A stretch of DNA of 64,000 bases from a virus, in the IMG/VR virus record IMGVR_UViG_3300037225_000466, positions 1 to 64,000 of that record; one strand, written 5' to 3'. The notes beneath the pieces were generated by a model. The model had not been told where the DNA came from, did not search any database, and worked only from the letters and a program-made list of their open reading frames with translations. The position numbers and the translations under genes were made by a program. This document shows, in pieces, positions 1 through 9,830 of the stretch (within the stretch, counting starts at the first letter, position 1; each line of letters begins with the position of its first letter).

Positions 1-763
1 ACTCCTTGCTCGGAAGTAACTGAGACTCCTGAGCCAATTTAGTTTGATAACGATTATTAATTGTCTTGTTCATGTAAATTATTTCCTGATTGACTACTTC
101 TTTTGCGACTTCGGCGTTGATATTTTCCAGACAAAGAAGAATGGCGTTTAAAACCACCGCTTCTTCGAGTTCGACTGGTATGCTTACTTCGATGTCCGCC
201 AAGGTCAAATCTGCAACCGTCGAGTTTTCTATGCTTGGTAACGCCGCAGTATACCAAACTTCTGCCGTGATTCCCGTTGCTTCTGTGAATAATGAGACCT
301 TGTTTTTTAAACCTGCAAGAATTAATCTGTAAGTATTCCCAGTTTTATCAACCGAATATAAGGGTTCCGAAGCCGTTCCTGAACTCCAAGCCCCCATATT
401 TGACTGATAAACTTCTTTCTTTTCCATTTTCCTTGCTTCGTTCCTATAAGTCACACCATCTAAAATATACCTCAAAAACACCATGTGCACGTCAATCGTA
501 TCATTTGGCAAGTCCGCTTGAATTAGACCTATGTCGATTCCCGAATAAGAACCTTCAATCTTAAAATAAGGGTCTTCCGTGTCAGTTAACGTTATATCCT
601 GAATCTTGCCATACCTTTCAGGGTAAAGAGGCAGACTCATTCTTTGCACCTCTTCTCTCGCCCTATTCACATAGGAGAGTATCATTGGGTCGCTTAAATC
701 CATTGCTACGGAATTTCGGTCAATCCTTAATTTTACTTCGTCTATGTAATTCTGTGCTGTCAT
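1..763 (-). CDS. Head-tail ring/adaptor protein paralog 4 (runs off window edge; absent from ORF track)
   Basis: Manual translation from ATG 763: MTAQNYIDEVKLRIDRNSVAMDLSDPMILSYVNRAREEVQR...ADLPND...EVWYTAALP...VSIPVELEEAVV, open to base 1; same motif layout as the three ring genes upstream. Confidence 0.7.
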   Translation of the reverse strand, partial: MTAQNYIDEVKLRIDRNSVAMDLSDPMILSYVNRAREEVQRMSLPLYPERYGKIQDITLTDTEDPYFKIEGSYSGIDIGLIQADLPNDTIDVHMVFLRYILDGVTYRNEARKMEKKEVYQSNMGAWSSGTASEPLYSVDKTGNTYRLILAGLKNKVSLFTEATGITAEVWYTAALPSIENSTVADLTLADIEVSIPVELEEAVVLNAILLCLENINAEVAKEVVNQEIIYMNKTINNRYQTKLAQESQLLPSKE

Positions 764-948
764 CCCATGTTATATCGATATGTTAGTTTCCTTAAATATC
801 TTTCACATTCGGATTTCAAAAGCACGTCGCCTCCCGTTGTGTCTATATAAGACCAAGAAGTCGGTCTAACTTTTCCCGCCGCTGTTAATTTTATTAACTT
901 TTTGTAGTTAATACCTTCAAATTTACAATATTCTTTTAAAGTTCTCAT
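760..948 (-). CDS. Small hypothetical protein (possible HTH)
   Basis: 62 aa, AGGAG RBS, stop overlaps next start. Confidence 0.5.
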   Translation of the reverse strand: MRTLKEYCKFEGINYKKLIKLTAAGKVRPTSWSYIDTTGGDVLLKSECERYLRKLTYRYNMG

Positions 949-965
949 TTTATCTCCTAAATAGT

Positions 966-1154
966 TTATCTGACGTAAATATGGTTAATACTGCCTATCG
1001 CTCTAAACGCTTGGAGTAACCAGAGAATAGTTGTGATGACTACGACAATGTTTATAATTGTCTTTATTTTCTTGTCCATAGGAAGATAGGTGTTGATTAA
1101 CCAGAGTATAAATCCTACGACACACAATACAATGATAATTGTTATTAGAGACAT
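966..1154 (-). CDS. Small two-TM membrane protein (Thivi_2564-like)
   Basis: Two hydrophobic helices around LWLINTYLPMDKKIKTIINIVVVI. Confidence 0.7.
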   Translation of the reverse strand: MSLITIIIVLCVVGFILWLINTYLPMDKKIKTIINIVVVITTILWLLQAFRAIGSINHIYVR

Positions 1155-1156
1155 TA

Positions 1157-1918
1157 TTAACTCCTTTTAAATGGTTTAAATGATTTATAGGGTATTACTT
1201 CTTCAGTAAAGTTATCAAGAACTCTTTTCTCCGAAGTCCTTAAACCTAAAAATCTGTTTTCTAAGTTCACTGAATATGCCTGCGTTTCTTTTTGAATCGC
1301 CGCAATCATTATCGGCTCACTTTGGTAAAGATAAATTCTTCTCATAACTCCCAAAATCAGAAGCTCCCAGTATTCAAAAGGTATTTCTACCGCACCATCG
1401 TTATTCACAAGGTCTGCTGGCATATAATAATATTCGAGAATTCCGCTCATGTCATGCAAATTATAGACGTAACCGTCTGGGCAAGTGCCTGTCTGATAAG
1501 TAGTATTAGGGCTTATCATTATAAATTGCTGTAAATTATCTCCCCAGAAACTGTAAATAGGATTACTCGGACTCGAAGAATTCCAGTAAACGTTTTTCTT
1601 CCAATAATGAAGATTGTTGAACTCTTCCGCCTGTACGTGTCTCGCCTCATTAAAAGGAGGATGCCCTGTCTTAGAAACCAAACATCTTATTTGCCTGATA
1701 AAATCTCTTGGAATCGATGTTCCATGTGAAACAACACAAGTTTTATAATAACTCCATTGTTTATAAGCCAAAGTATTAATCATAGTCTCCTGAATTGCCC
1801 TATTAATCATAATTACAATAGTCGTCCAGTCAATATTCTCGACTTTACGATTCTTCCCCATCCGCATTATTACTTCCTGAAAGACATCGTTTAACGTTAT
1901 CGTAATATAATTAACCAC
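1157..1918 (-). CDS. Head-tail ring/adaptor protein paralog 3
   Basis: INRAIQE...IPRDF...EYYYMP...EIPFEYWE motifs; position after capsid genes. Confidence 0.65.
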   Translation of the reverse strand: MVNYITITLNDVFQEVIMRMGKNRKVENIDWTTIVIMINRAIQETMINTLAYKQWSYYKTCVVSHGTSIPRDFIRQIRCLVSKTGHPPFNEARHVQAEEFNNLHYWKKNVYWNSSSPSNPIYSFWGDNLQQFIMISPNTTYQTGTCPDGYVYNLHDMSGILEYYYMPADLVNNDGAVEIPFEYWELLILGVMRRIYLYQSEPIMIAAIQKETQAYSVNLENRFLGLRTSEKRVLDNFTEEVIPYKSFKPFKRS

Positions 1919-2141
1919 CCTTTTGTCTCCTCGCTCTAAACATTGCTCTTATAGGTAATGGCAATTTAACAACTTCAAATTTTCCATTTGCTCTTGTTCT
2001 TTTCTCCACAAATGTCTTAAATTGAACTTCGTGGACTAATCCACAATCACAACATTTTAGCAAATAATTTTTTGTTGGGTGTGGATAAATCCACTCGCTC
2101 CAACCGCCTCTACCTGCTTTATGGTTTTTAAATCTAACCAC
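1911..2141 (-). CDS. Small Zn-binding phage protein
   Basis: GWSEW...CCDCGLVH motif. Confidence 0.6.
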   Translation of the reverse strand: MVRFKNHKAGRGGWSEWIYPHPTKNYLLKCCDCGLVHEVQFKTFVEKRTRANGKFEVVKLPLPIRAMFRARRQKGG

Positions 2142-2814
2142 CTATATTCCCCACTTTGTCTAATTGAATTTGCTCGTTCTGGAATTGAGGCTGAGACCTT
2201 TCGTTCTCGCCTATATCCAAATCATTAATCATCTCAGCCGCCAAAGTACAGACTTCTATGTGATATTCAGAAGCTATCTGCAACGGAGTCCCTAACTTTG
2301 TGGTTACGTCCCAACTGAATCTTAAAGGTTCACAAATGAACCATACGTCCGCATGGGTAGTGCCAGTTAAATCATTGAATCTTATTATTGGGTATTCTTC
2401 ATTTGCCGCCGTTACTGCCTGTACCGTGAAATATGCCTGCCTTGGAAATCTCCCGCCTGCGGCAAAACCGTTAATAGCTAAGAAGTTCATATACATATTA
2501 TTTTGAAGATAAGCCGCTGTTATCCCTTCGTCAATAGGGACGTCGTCAGAAGAATAAAGCCTTACTCCTCTCGTAAAAAGAAGTTTCTCACCTGCATTTG
2601 TATTCACGATATCGGAGTCAAGAAGCCCTTGCCTGAATCTATAAAGTGGTCTCAAAGCCCGTTCTTCGTTCTTTAAAACATACTCCCGAATCTTAAACAT
2701 CTGTGCTTCATTAATCACCCTTACGATTTCAAGTTCTCCCTGTGAAAGCGGAAATTCTTGTTTCGCTTCGTCAATTAACATCTGCACCATATTTATAGTT
2801 TCGTTACTCGTCAT
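2134..2814 (-). CDS. Head-tail ring/adaptor protein paralog 2
   Basis: MVQMLIDE...INEAQ...WFICEP...IASEYHIEV motifs. Confidence 0.65.
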   Translation of the reverse strand: MTSNETINMVQMLIDEAKQEFPLSQGELEIVRVINEAQMFKIREYVLKNEERALRPLYRFRQGLLDSDIVNTNAGEKLLFTRGVRLYSSDDVPIDEGITAAYLQNNMYMNFLAINGFAAGGRFPRQAYFTVQAVTAANEEYPIIRFNDLTGTTHADVWFICEPLRFSWDVTTKLGTPLQIASEYHIEVCTLAAEMINDLDIGENERSQPQFQNEQIQLDKVGNIGG

Positions 2815-3034
2815 CTTGGTCTCTGGTTAATATAAAATACCTGTCCTCCTCGGCAATGTCGAGTAGCGTCCCAATTTCCATGGGATTAGTTGCAAAGTAA
2901 TGGGCAATAATTTTATCCTCGGTCCTTGTAAGCGTCATCGCAAAGCCCGAAATACATTCGTCTTCAAACAGTTTCTCAATAAAGGCATTGAGCACCCTGT
3001 CTTTTTTATTGCTGATTTTTAGGCTGTTGGACAT
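2804..3034 (-). CDS. Small hypothetical protein
   Basis: ORF (likely start MSNSLK) overlapping both neighbouring ring genes. Confidence 0.45.
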   Translation of the reverse strand: MSNSLKISNKKDRVLNAFIEKLFEDECISGFAMTLTRTEDKIIAHYFATNPMEIGTLLDIAEEDRYFILTRDQDDE

Positions 3035-3692
3035 TCGGAAACTCCACAGTTGGTTCAAAATCATTCTTCTTTACATCTGTAATGTAATTGTCAATCCTCT
3101 TAGGATACAGAACAATTTGTTGAATCTGCCGTCGGGTCTTTTTAAACTCCCTTGAAGTTTGAGTTTCTTTCATACCTAACATTATACTGGCATGGTTTGC
3201 TAAGATGTCGTAATATACATAGTCTGGAAATACGGAATCAAAAGTTTCCGCTACTATGTCTGTGGGTCTGCAAAAGTAAAAAAGGATACCCTTAGAGTCG
3301 TCGCCACCTTGTTTAAAATAAATACTGTCCCCTAAAATTATAACCGCATCGTGATTAACATACATATACGTATAACCAATTCCACCGAGATATACCCTCG
3401 CCATTCTTAAAAGCGAAAAATCCTTAACCGCTCCTGCTACCGCACTTATGTAATGAAGGTAGTCCGCTGGTAAATCGTTCTCCCCCGCAGCAGTAAAAAA
3501 GTCCGCACTTGTAATTAGTCCATTTAAAAAGTAGTATTGCTTCAATCTTATGCAGGCATTAATAAAAATATCCTGAGACAAGTTTAAGGACTGGAGTATT
3601 TCTACCTCAGACCAAAACGTGCCCTTCTTGTAAGATGTCTCTACATCCCCCAAAATAGTGCGGACTCTATCGATTAATTTATCGCCGTCCAT
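3006..3692 (-). CDS. Head-tail ring/adaptor protein paralog 1 (P22 gp4-like position)
   Basis: LIDRVRTILGD...FWSEVEILQSLNLSQ...DLPADYL...YFCRP, typical of podovirus adaptor proteins. Confidence 0.7.
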   Translation of the reverse strand: MDGDKLIDRVRTILGDVETSYKKGTFWSEVEILQSLNLSQDIFINACIRLKQYYFLNGLITSADFFTAAGENDLPADYLHYISAVAGAVKDFSLLRMARVYLGGIGYTYMYVNHDAVIILGDSIYFKQGGDDSKGILFYFCRPTDIVAETFDSVFPDYVYYDILANHASIMLGMKETQTSREFKKTRRQIQQIVLYPKRIDNYITDVKKNDFEPTVEFPNVQQPKNQQ

Positions 3693-4201
3693 TACTGACC
3701 CTGATACTGTGGCTGACCTTGCGGCATACCTTGAGACATATCTGGCAATCCACCACCTTGACTCATGTCAGGCTGTCCTTGCGACATCCCGCCACCAGTA
3801 TCGTCACCCTGTGGCAATGGTGGAAATCCGCCACCCCCACTCGGCAAAGGAGGAAATTGATTCGCCTGTTGTGTCTCTAACATCTTTTGGTTCAAAACCG
3901 TGCTCATAAGCACATTCTGAATCTGAGATTTTAGTTGTTCCAGCATTATATGCTGAACCAATAAGGCACTATTAGCGTGTTCAATATCCTGTCTTTTCTG
4001 GTCTAAGGCGGCACTCGTTCTTCCCATAACGTAAAACGTCTTCGCCGTTTCTGACGAAGTTTTAGGGTTTAGTTTGGGCTGTCCGTTAACCAAGGCACTA
4101 TCCGAACTCTTATTCGGGATGTAGTCTTCGGTCTGAGTCAACCCTTTCTGGTAACTATACGACTCACCTTTGTACGGGTCGCCTTGTGCTATTTTTATCA
4201 T
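3692..4201 (-). CDS. Hypothetical virion-associated protein, Gln/Gly/Pro-rich tail
   Basis: 169 aa in structural operon; FPPLP and MSQG repeats. Confidence 0.6.
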   Translation of the reverse strand: MIKIAQGDPYKGESYSYQKGLTQTEDYIPNKSSDSALVNGQPKLNPKTSSETAKTFYVMGRTSAALDQKRQDIEHANSALLVQHIMLEQLKSQIQNVLMSTVLNQKMLETQQANQFPPLPSGGGGFPPLPQGDDTGGGMSQGQPDMSQGGGLPDMSQGMPQGQPQYQGQ

Positions 4202-4209
4202 CTTTACTC

Positions 4210-4776
4210 CTAATAATCAATATCAGGACTAACTTTCATCTCTGCAATATTAGTAAGCTCGTCTTTGTCTTTTTTTGCTTTTTTAATCACGTCATCGGGA
4301 AATTTCCCTTCCCAAAACTGACCTGCCGCTGTTTTCCCGTTTCCAAATGCTGGGTGTTTTCTCAGGAAGCTAATGTCAGCATCATTATCGGTAAAATAAT
4401 GATTATTTGAAAATTCGATAAACGTAGTCTCGTTTATAAACAACTGCAAGTTTTTAATATCGGAAAAGAATTTCGTAGCCGTGCTTTCGTCCGTCATTCC
4501 AGGCTCTCTTCCCACTTTCTTAATAGTAGCCTTTTTAGGCATTATCAAGTTTTCGAGATTAATCAAAACCTGTTCCTGTTTGGGCGGAGTCTGAGGTTCT
4601 ACTACTTTCGCCGCCTGTTTGGGCGGTTCTGGCAGAGGCTTCACGACTTCTTGCTTCACGACTTCCTGCTTGACGATTTTCTTGTGCGATTTCTTCGCTG
4701 GTCTTACTCTTTGTATCACAGGTATAGACTGCTTTGGTGCGGTCGCATTTCCAGTCTCTTCAAAAACATCATCCAT
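4210..4776 (-). CDS. Hypothetical protein downstream of capsid genes
   Basis: 188 aa; low-complexity N-term, C-term IEFSNNHYFTDN...FLRKHPAF. Confidence 0.6.
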   Translation of the reverse strand: MDDVFEETGNATAPKQSIPVIQRVRPAKKSHKKIVKQEVVKQEVVKPLPEPPKQAAKVVEPQTPPKQEQVLINLENLIMPKKATIKKVGREPGMTDESTATKFFSDIKNLQLFINETTFIEFSNNHYFTDNDADISFLRKHPAFGNGKTAAGQFWEGKFPDDVIKKAKKDKDELTNIAEMKVSPDIDY

Positions 4777-4796
4777 TTTTAGTCCTTAAATTATTT

Positions 4797-4820
4797 AAAA
4801 ATAGGGCGGCGAACCGCCCT
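4797..4820 (-). terminator. Rho-independent terminator after capsid genes
   Basis: Minus strand AGGGCGG-TTCG-CCGCCCT followed by ATTTT. Confidence 0.75.
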
Positions 4821-4823
4821 TTA

Positions 4824-5465
4824 TTATAAGTGTCCGAAATAATCCGCTGTCACGGAAGAATCTATGCCCGCTCTGCCTGTATAGCCAGTGACGTTGTTGT
4901 AAGCACCAGTTACCTCTGAACCGTCGTTCAGATGACCGATAATAAACCTGTAAAGGTCTTGACGGTCGGCTGCCTTCAATAACTCTGGCGGGAACCAAAG
5001 TGCGATAGTTCCACCGTCGGTAGAAGTAAATTCATCAACTGAACCTGCGGTTACAAAAGTTTGACCCTTTGTATAAAGTGTTCCGTTGTAAGTCACACTA
5101 CCAGTGAGAACAATGTAGTAAATCCCCGCTACTTCTGGAATTGAAGCCTCGGAAGTTGCAACTGTGATAACGGGTGCTGGGAAGAAAATTCCCCTGTATC
5201 CGTCTCTTAATGCTAACGAAGTTCCACCTGCGGAATCTTTTTTATTCAACGAACCCTGACCGCAAAGTTCTACCGAATTAGTAGTCGCCCCGTTAAGGTC
5301 GGTTGCGTAAAGTTCTTGTAAATCCCAGTCCGAATCTGTCGAAGAGGCCACTTCGACAGTAACGCCAGAGCCTAAATCCAAAATGCCGAATGGTCCAAAT
5401 CTGTATTTAGTCCCATTGCCTTTAGAGAATAGTTCCAGCGTATCATACAATGTTATATATCTCAT
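4824..5465 (-). CDS. Putative auxiliary capsid/decoration protein
   Basis: Beta-rich Gly/Thr/Ser protein directly after MCP and before the terminator. Confidence 0.55.
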   Translation of the reverse strand: MRYITLYDTLELFSKGNGTKYRFGPFGILDLGSGVTVEVASSTDSDWDLQELYATDLNGATTNSVELCGQGSLNKKDSAGGTSLALRDGYRGIFFPAPVITVATSEASIPEVAGIYYIVLTGSVTYNGTLYTKGQTFVTAGSVDEFTSTDGGTIALWFPPELLKAADRQDLYRFIIGHLNDGSEVTGAYNNVTGYTGRAGIDSSVTADYFGHL

Positions 5466-5477
5466 TTCCTTCTCCTA

Positions 5478-6785
5478 TTAAGTTGTACGTAAAAGTGCGT
5501 GTTGCTGTTCTAACTCCCAGGCAATAGTTCCTTGCCATTCGACCATTACTTTGCTAACCCTTTCGTTTGCAAGCTGATAGTATCTTGATGTGTAATCAAG
5601 AACTGTTCTGGCTTTCATAAAGTCTGGGTTGATAATAAATGCCCAGTTCTCGTGATTGGTGTTCTGTCGTAAAGCCTCACTTCTCATCATTGTAACAGTG
5701 AAACCGCCTGGCAGCATATATGTATCCATATTCAAACCAGCAGTTGTTCCGATTTGAGAAGGTGCTACTCCAGCAGTATGACGATAGTCTTTGAACGCCA
5801 TGTTGAAGTTATACAGAAATCTTCCGCCGCAAATACAGAGTTTATTCTTTTTCCCAGCATCGTTATACCTGAATCCTTGCTCAAATAAGAAATTCGAGAA
5901 CATTTTCTCGAAATCATTGGTTGAATCTGGATTGTAATAAGCTACATTTGTTTTGATTGAATGCAACAGCCCTCTCATGTGAGTCTTAGGTTGCCCTGCA
6001 ACTGCATCATCATAAGCCCTTTCATCGAAGAGATAAGAGTAATCTATTTCAACTTTGAATTCTTTCATCATTTGTTTCTGATTCCAGTCCCAAAGAGGAA
6101 GGTCGAGTCTATTCTTTATCCAGTTCTTCTGGTCGTCGGTCATCTGGAAAACTTTTTCCTTATGCTCAACGTAGTTGTAATCGTAAACAAAACTTCTTTG
6201 CTGACTCTCGGCTTCAATCGGCTGTCCTTCATAGATAGTCCTGCCAAGATAGATTATATCCGAAGCAGTGAAACTGAGTATCGGATATGGTTCTATGTTT
6301 CTTACTACGACTGTTCCGTTGGAACTGCGGGTAGTTGAATTGCCAGTTAAAGTATCGTTCGGAAATTCCCAGAAAGTCCCATCTCCCAAAGAGATAGAAG
6401 CTCTCGGAGTCACTACAACCTCGACCACCTGACCTGTTTTCTGAATGTAAAACTTATCTTGTGGCTGATAGTACATAACGTTGTTTGTGTCTGGTCTCGA
6501 TAACTGGTCGATTGTCATGTTTGCGAACCTTGTATCCGCTCCAGTACCCAACGTTATTGCTGAGCAGTAGTCATAATTGTCGAATTGATGATACTGCATT
6601 ACCTGTATTTTGTTGCTTGTCGGAACCGCTCCCCTGCCCATATAGTTTGCCAAACTCTGTATGGGTGTAGCATTGGGTTCTAATTCACGAATAGTCTTAT
6701 CCAAATCTTCTAATAGAAGATGCGGATCGGTACTCGTTGAAGTAGCAACGCCAGGGCGATTCATATTTTGATAATTATTTGCCAT
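5478..6785 (-). CDS. Major capsid protein (SU10/DUF5309-like)
   Basis: 435 aa after portal and scaffold; LEPNATP, MKEFKVEIDYSYLF, MRGLL, C-terminal ELEQQHALL. Confidence 0.8.
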   Translation of the reverse strand: MANNYQNMNRPGVATSTSTDPHLLLEDLDKTIRELEPNATPIQSLANYMGRGAVPTSNKIQVMQYHQFDNYDYCSAITLGTGADTRFANMTIDQLSRPDTNNVMYYQPQDKFYIQKTGQVVEVVVTPRASISLGDGTFWEFPNDTLTGNSTTRSSNGTVVVRNIEPYPILSFTASDIIYLGRTIYEGQPIEAESQQRSFVYDYNYVEHKEKVFQMTDDQKNWIKNRLDLPLWDWNQKQMMKEFKVEIDYSYLFDERAYDDAVAGQPKTHMRGLLHSIKTNVAYYNPDSTNDFEKMFSNFLFEQGFRYNDAGKKNKLCICGGRFLYNFNMAFKDYRHTAGVAPSQIGTTAGLNMDTYMLPGGFTVTMMRSEALRQNTNHENWAFIINPDFMKARTVLDYTSRYYQLANERVSKVMVEWQGTIAWELEQQHALLRTT

Positions 6786-6794
6786 TTTTAATCC

Positions 6795-7718
6795 TTATTT
6801 TTGTCCAAAAACTAATTCATCCCATCTTTTTGAACGCTCCTCCCTTGGCACATTATCGATAGTTTTCGGAGGCTGTTTGCCGCCTTTTTCGCCAGCAATT
6901 TGGCTCGGAACCTGAATCGGTAATCCGTTAACCTTTGTTTGCTGTTGGGCAATTTGCTGGGTTTTAACCTGTCTTTTCCTGCCAAGTGCGTCCTTTACTA
7001 TAATATTAGCCTGTGCGGGTGAAAGAACCACATCGTTTACTGGGGTATTCCCGAACCAAACGCTGAAAGATTTAGTCAGCCTTTTCCTGCCTTCGTCATC
7101 AACATCGGTTATCGTTAATCCCAGATTCGAGAGTGCTTTTTCAAGTACCCTGTCGTTATTCTCCCTGTTCAGAGTTTGGGTTCTTTCCCTGAGGATATTT
7201 TGTTCCAGATTCTCCACAGACTTATATTTTTCGGCGAGTTTCTTCTCTACGATTTGATTCGCCCGCCATTCGATTTCATCTGCCACTGTCGCAAACTGAG
7301 GTATTGGTTCTTCGGCTTTCTTCGGCTCGGCTTTCGGCTTCCATAACTCTGGAAGTCCCCTCATTAATTCTTCGTCAGTTTTACCTTCGTTGATATATTG
7401 AAGGATTTGTTGAGCCACTTTGCTATTTGTGATATTCTTCATTATTGGTGCAACCGACATTAATATCTGGTCTTTGTCGGACATCTTTGAAAGTTTCACA
7501 AATGCCGCAAGTTCCTGTTTAGTATACTTTTCCTTAACAGGCTCTCCGCCGTCGTCTTCGTATTCTACCTCTATTGCGTCGCTTGCCGCCTCATCCCCTG
7601 TGGGCTCGCCTTCTGGCAGTTCGTCTTCGGACTCACTTTCACCAGCTTCTTCTGGTGCTTCTGTTGGTGCATTTTCGACCTGTTGATTTTTGTCGAACTC
7701 TGCAAATACGTCATCCAT
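6795..7718 (-). CDS. Capsid scaffolding protein
   Basis: Acidic N-term, coiled coil, between portal and MCP. Confidence 0.7.
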   Translation of the reverse strand: MDDVFAEFDKNQQVENAPTEAPEEAGESESEDELPEGEPTGDEAASDAIEVEYEDDGGEPVKEKYTKQELAAFVKLSKMSDKDQILMSVAPIMKNITNSKVAQQILQYINEGKTDEELMRGLPELWKPKAEPKKAEEPIPQFATVADEIEWRANQIVEKKLAEKYKSVENLEQNILRERTQTLNRENNDRVLEKALSNLGLTITDVDDEGRKRLTKSFSVWFGNTPVNDVVLSPAQANIIVKDALGRKRQVKTQQIAQQQTKVNGLPIQVPSQIAGEKGGKQPPKTIDNVPREERSKRWDELVFGQK

Positions 7719-7733
7719 AATATCCCCTAAAAA

Positions 7734-9830
7734 TTAAACATTAGAAATTATATTGTTACCTTGTAAATCAGCCATTTTTTGCTGCGTTTGTAATTGCGCC
7801 TGCTCCTCTGGAGTTCCCGCCGCATTCTGTGCATCCACCTGTGCTTGTGCGGCATCCTCGCCAGCTTTCTCCAATTCCCTTAACTTCCTGTCAAGTTCAC
7901 GCCTTTTAGTTTCAACTTCCTCTAAACCTGCATCAATGTTTTCCTGTTGCATTAATTGGTCTTTTATCCTTCTTTTGTAAAGGGAATCCTGTACGTCCTG
8001 CTGGAGTTTTTGTTCGTGATTTTGCTGTAATTTTTGCTTCTCATATTCCTGATAAAATTGCATCATCTTTAGCATTTCGTCCTTTTTGGACTGCGGAATC
8101 GAAGAATACGTTATTATCATCGGCATCCAGACTTCGTCAGGTAAATTGGGACAGGTTTGTTTTAATTTAATTAATTGCTCAAAGTTTCTTTCTCTCGAAG
8201 AATCGGACTTCGAGGCTTCATCTATTGTAATATCAACTTTAATTTCCCTTAAAGAGTCAAGCAGCTCGTCGTCGAGATTCACGTAACTTACATCTTCGTC
8301 ATTCCCTAAAACTCTCAAGATTTGCCCAGGGGTCATAATATTTTTAATGAACCAAACCACTCTTAACATGACATTCGCCTGCCATTTTCTTAGATTATCA
8401 TAAAGCGGGAGCCTCGATAAACCTCCTTGTGCCACCCTGACTTCTACCGCTTTGCCTGATTCTGCGGCGTTTTCTTGAAGCCCAAGTGCGTTTTTACCTC
8501 CAGAAAGTTCGCTCATAAACAATCTACTGAAAGTAATGCCTTCAAATAATGCTGGATTGATTGGTGTATTAGGAATCGGATTTATAGCTTGGTGGTTCAT
8601 AACTGGAATAACCGCCGCACCTTGAGAAAGGTCTTGCCTTAAAGTCTCTATATCGTAACCTTTTGCAAGAAGAGCCTGCATTACACTTATCGCACCTTTT
8701 GTCCCCGTTCCGATTTCCCATTCCCATTGGGAGAAAAACTCGTTCTCTAATTGCTGAGGGCTTATTAACCCGTCGCAGAAAGCCCATAATTTGCCGTCTA
8801 TGAAATTCGAGAAAAATACTACATAAGGAAAAGCATTTAAGGCAGTAGTGAAGTGCTCGACTACCTGGTCGCCAATTATCACTGTTTCCTGTATCGCATC
8901 GGTGGAAGTAGTAACTTTCATTACCATTTGACTGCCATCGGGATTGAAAATATTTGTACCATCAGAAGCATATTGGTCTACTTTGCCTTGATAAAAATCT
9001 TCGGCATCCTTAGAGTCCATAAAAGGATATTCTTTTCCTTCAATATCGTCAATTACTATGGTTTTATAGATTTTTATTCTTTCGTAATATTCTATTACGC
9101 TTACTTTTTGTCTACCTTTGTCCCAAAGATTTGTACTTTTTAGCCAGTTCTCACGGTTTAAAAACGAAAGATAGGCAATTCCGAAAGAAGCTGCATTTAT
9201 TTCCTGTAAATGGTCTGGAAAAATCTCGATAGCGTCCATTCTTGTCATTAAAAGGCATCTTGCCATCCACCTCGCATCGGTTAAATCCGACTTCTTTGCA
9301 TTCGTATCCCAAACTATTTGCTCTGGCGGAATTCTCTCGATTTTAGGATAACCGTGGACTATATCACTGGTATCCCACTTCACAGTAGCTACTCCATATC
9401 CTAAAAGTCCGTCTGTGAAAACCTCGCTCTTAGTAAATTCAAAATTATTAACCTGCTCAACCCATTTGATAATAAATGTAAGAAGTTCTGCGGCAGCTTC
9501 ATCCCCTTTTTCCCGTGCCTGACATTTTGCGTCAAGTCGAGTTTGGGTTTCCGTCCCTCTTAAATGGTCTATTTTACTCTGGACATCATTGAAAACCCTC
9601 GCTTTACGATTTTCAAGAGTGTGTTTGTTTATTTCGTCTGGAGTCCATTGGTCATTGGAATAGAAATTGAGATTTTGTTTTTGGGCTATATATTGTGCCT
9701 CGAAATAAGGATTCACAGTTTTTAAGTCCGACTGTATGCGGGCGTAAATATCGAATTTGTTCTCCTGTCCTTTGACGTACTCAAAAGCTGGAGACTCAAT
9801 TACCATCACATCTTCTATTACTTCACTCAT
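7734..9830 (-). CDS. Portal protein, P22-like
   Basis: FYSNDQWT, WDTNAKKSDLTDARW, FPYVVF, ESGKAV, long C-terminal coiled-coil barrel. Confidence 0.9.
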   Translation of the reverse strand: MSEVIEDVMVIESPAFEYVKGQENKFDIYARIQSDLKTVNPYFEAQYIAQKQNLNFYSNDQWTPDEINKHTLENRKARVFNDVQSKIDHLRGTETQTRLDAKCQAREKGDEAAAELLTFIIKWVEQVNNFEFTKSEVFTDGLLGYGVATVKWDTSDIVHGYPKIERIPPEQIVWDTNAKKSDLTDARWMARCLLMTRMDAIEIFPDHLQEINAASFGIAYLSFLNRENWLKSTNLWDKGRQKVSVIEYYERIKIYKTIVIDDIEGKEYPFMDSKDAEDFYQGKVDQYASDGTNIFNPDGSQMVMKVTTSTDAIQETVIIGDQVVEHFTTALNAFPYVVFFSNFIDGKLWAFCDGLISPQQLENEFFSQWEWEIGTGTKGAISVMQALLAKGYDIETLRQDLSQGAAVIPVMNHQAINPIPNTPINPALFEGITFSRLFMSELSGGKNALGLQENAAESGKAVEVRVAQGGLSRLPLYDNLRKWQANVMLRVVWFIKNIMTPGQILRVLGNDEDVSYVNLDDELLDSLREIKVDITIDEASKSDSSRERNFEQLIKLKQTCPNLPDEVWMPMIITYSSIPQSKKDEMLKMMQFYQEYEKQKLQQNHEQKLQQDVQDSLYKRRIKDQLMQQENIDAGLEEVETKRRELDRKLRELEKAGEDAAQAQVDAQNAAGTPEEQAQLQTQQKMADLQGNNIISNV

